A DNA stretch of 64,000 nt, taken from positions 1 through 64,000 of the forward strand of contig NW_027139939.1 of assembly GCF_035084215.1 (NCBI RefSeq), in the 5' to 3' direction. Source of the DNA: Heptranchias perlo. Lineage: Eukaryota. Within the stretch, counting starts at the first letter, position 1; every line of letters starts with the position of its first letter. The notes under the pieces were generated by a model, which was given only the letters and a program-made list of their open reading frames with translations, was not told where the DNA came from and did not search any database. Positions 62,508 to 64,000 of this stretch are shown here, piece by piece. Both the position numbers and the translations under genes were made by a program.

Positions 62508-63632
62508 CTACTCCTGCGTCTGGTGACGTTTCAGGAGACGAGGTGAAGTCCTTCTCACACGCCCAGCATTTGGAGAGCTCCTCCCCTCAGAGGGCGCGCC
62601 GATCCCGCGAGAGGTCGGAGGGGTAACCGAGTGACCGGAGGCGGGTGGGGGAGGGGTCGAACCGGACCTCGCCGCACGGCGCCGGAACAGCTGCGACCGC
62701 CGGCTGAAGGCCCGCCGAGGCCACTCTGAGTGGATGCGCTCGTGGACCAGGAGGGCCGTCGAGCGGAGGAAGGCCTTCCCGCACATCGAGCACTTGTAGG
62801 CCTTGTCCCCGCTGTGCAGGCGCTGGTGGTTCAGGAAGCTGTAGGCGCGGGCGAAGGCCTGGTCGCACAGCGTGCACTTGTAGGGCCGCTCGCCGGTGTG
62901 GACGCGCCGGTGGACGGTGAGGCTGTACGGCCGGGAGAAGCTCTTCCCGCACACCGAGCACAGGTGCTGCTTCGGTGGGCGGGGGGAGGAAGAGGAGGAA
63001 GGTGAAGGGTCCCCGTTGGGACCAGGGGTCTTCGCCTGGGCCGGAGATCTGTCGGAGCTTTCCCCGGAGTGGCAGCACCTGTGCGTGGAGAAGGGTGACA
63101 GGTGGCTGTACATCTTGGCGCAAATGGGGCACTTGTAGATCTTCATGCCGGTGTGGACCCGCTGGTGCATCAGTAGCGAGGAGGAGCGGACGAAGCTCAT
63201 GGGGCAGGCCAAGCAGCGGTAGGGCTTCTCCCTCATGTGGATGCGCTGGTGGACCAGCTGGTCGGAGGAGCGGGCAAAGGCCTTGTGGCACACCGGGCAG
63301 GCGAAGGGCTTCTCGCCAGTGTGGAGACGCTGGTGCTGGTGCATGGCGTAGAGCCAGGCGAAGGCCTTGTGGCACACGGGGCAGGTGAAGGGCTTGTCAC
63401 CGGAGTGTACCCGCTGGTGCTGGCGCAGGCCGGAGGGCTGGGCAAAGGCCTTGCCGCAGGTCGGGCACTGGAACTGCTTCTGCCCCAGGTGGATGTAGCG
63501 GTGGATCTTGAGGTTGGAGGGGCGGCTGAACATCTTCCCGCAGTCGGGACACTGCACCCTCTTGTCCCCCCGGGGGGCGCGCTCGCCCCCTGGCAGGTCG
63601 GAGGGCGGGGAAACAGCGGTTTGCGGATCCAT
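62508..63632 (-). CDS. C2H2 (Kruppel-type) zinc-finger protein, 6+3 fingers
   Basis: Nine C-x2-C-x12-H-x3-H fingers with TGEKP-like linkers; first ATG at 63632 (MDPQTAV), preceded by an acceptor-like TTCCTCGTCGCAAG, so upstream exons may lie outside the window. Confidence 0.92.
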   Translation of the reverse strand: MDPQTAVSPPSDLPGGERAPRGDKRVQCPDCGKMFSRPSNLKIHRYIHLGQKQFQCPTCGKAFAQPSGLRQHQRVHSGDKPFTCPVCHKAFAWLYAMHQHQRLHTGEKPFACPVCHKAFARSSDQLVHQRIHMREKPYRCLACPMSFVRSSSLLMHQRVHTGMKIYKCPICAKMYSHLSPFSTHRCCHSGESSDRSPAQAKTPGPNGDPSPSSSSSPRPPKQHLCSVCGKSFSRPYSLTVHRRVHTGERPYKCTLCDQAFARAYSFLNHQRLHSGDKAYKCSMCGKAFLRSTALLVHERIHSEWPRRAFSRRSQLFRRRAARSGSTPPPPASGHSVTPPTSRGIGAPSEGRSSPNAGRVRRTSPRLLKRHQTQE

Positions 63633-64000
63633 TCTCCCTCCTGCCCTTGCGACGAGGAACAAGACTCCGCACTTTGCGGGGAGGCGAGGGTGGAAAATGA
63701 GCAACAGGAGACTCCGCACAAAGGACGAGGCAGCGAGGGCAGTGGATCTCAGGCAAAGCACGCTGCCCAAATCCTAGGCACGAAAGAGCCCCTCCTCCGG
63801 ATGCATTTCCCTTGCTGAAGATCAGAGGAGGACGTGTTCAACAGGACAACTCAATTGCCAGGCAATGCCAATGCTCCACCCCCCACACTGGGTCCGGGCT
63901 AGTTGGACAAGGCAGGAGAACGTCTCTTCGTTGTCAACAGCTGTCCCTCTCCAAATCCAACCAATACCGACACCTTGCACGGACTGTCTCGGAGAACGGG

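Noticed and set aside
61608-62626. 15-aa repeat protein (GGIANGTQYRAGRIT)n
   Set aside because: 45-bp VNTR open on both strands, with no splice or domain support.
63633-63770. N-terminal extension of the ZNF ORF
   Set aside because: Begins at a non-ATG codon and crosses an acceptor-like site; likely intron or UTR.

Overview
Eukaryotic, repeat-dense vertebrate DNA, very probably from a cartilaginous fish (shark-type CR1, L2 and DeuSINE/SacSINE1-like repeats). Most long ORFs in the supplied track are artefacts of tandem repeats or retroelements. The main gene, which the ORF track shows only in pieces, is an apparently intact 5-exon MHC class I heavy-chain gene on the + strand: leader 9590-9641, alpha1 20343-20603, alpha2 27403-27678, alpha3 30204-30476, TM/cytoplasmic 35829-36019. 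All introns are phase 1 GT-AG and the product is 350 aa. It has lost most classical peptide-anchoring residues and has a strongly hydrophobic predicted groove, so it is a non-classical, possibly lipid-binding class I. Its upstream region is duplicated into intron 1 without the leader exon. Downstream on the - strand lie a pseudogenised TRIM-type PRY-SPRY (B30.2) exon and a C2H2 zinc-finger gene with decayed C-terminal fingers, a neighbourhood reminiscent of MHC class I regions. Also present: a nearly intact full-length CR1, a Harbinger-like element with a 3-bp TSD, a Penelope-like fragment carrying a minimal hammerhead ribozyme motif, and more than a dozen minisatellites, several seeded from defined sites in SINE or CR1 sequence. 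All alignments were done by eye; repeat boundaries and copy numbers are approximate.
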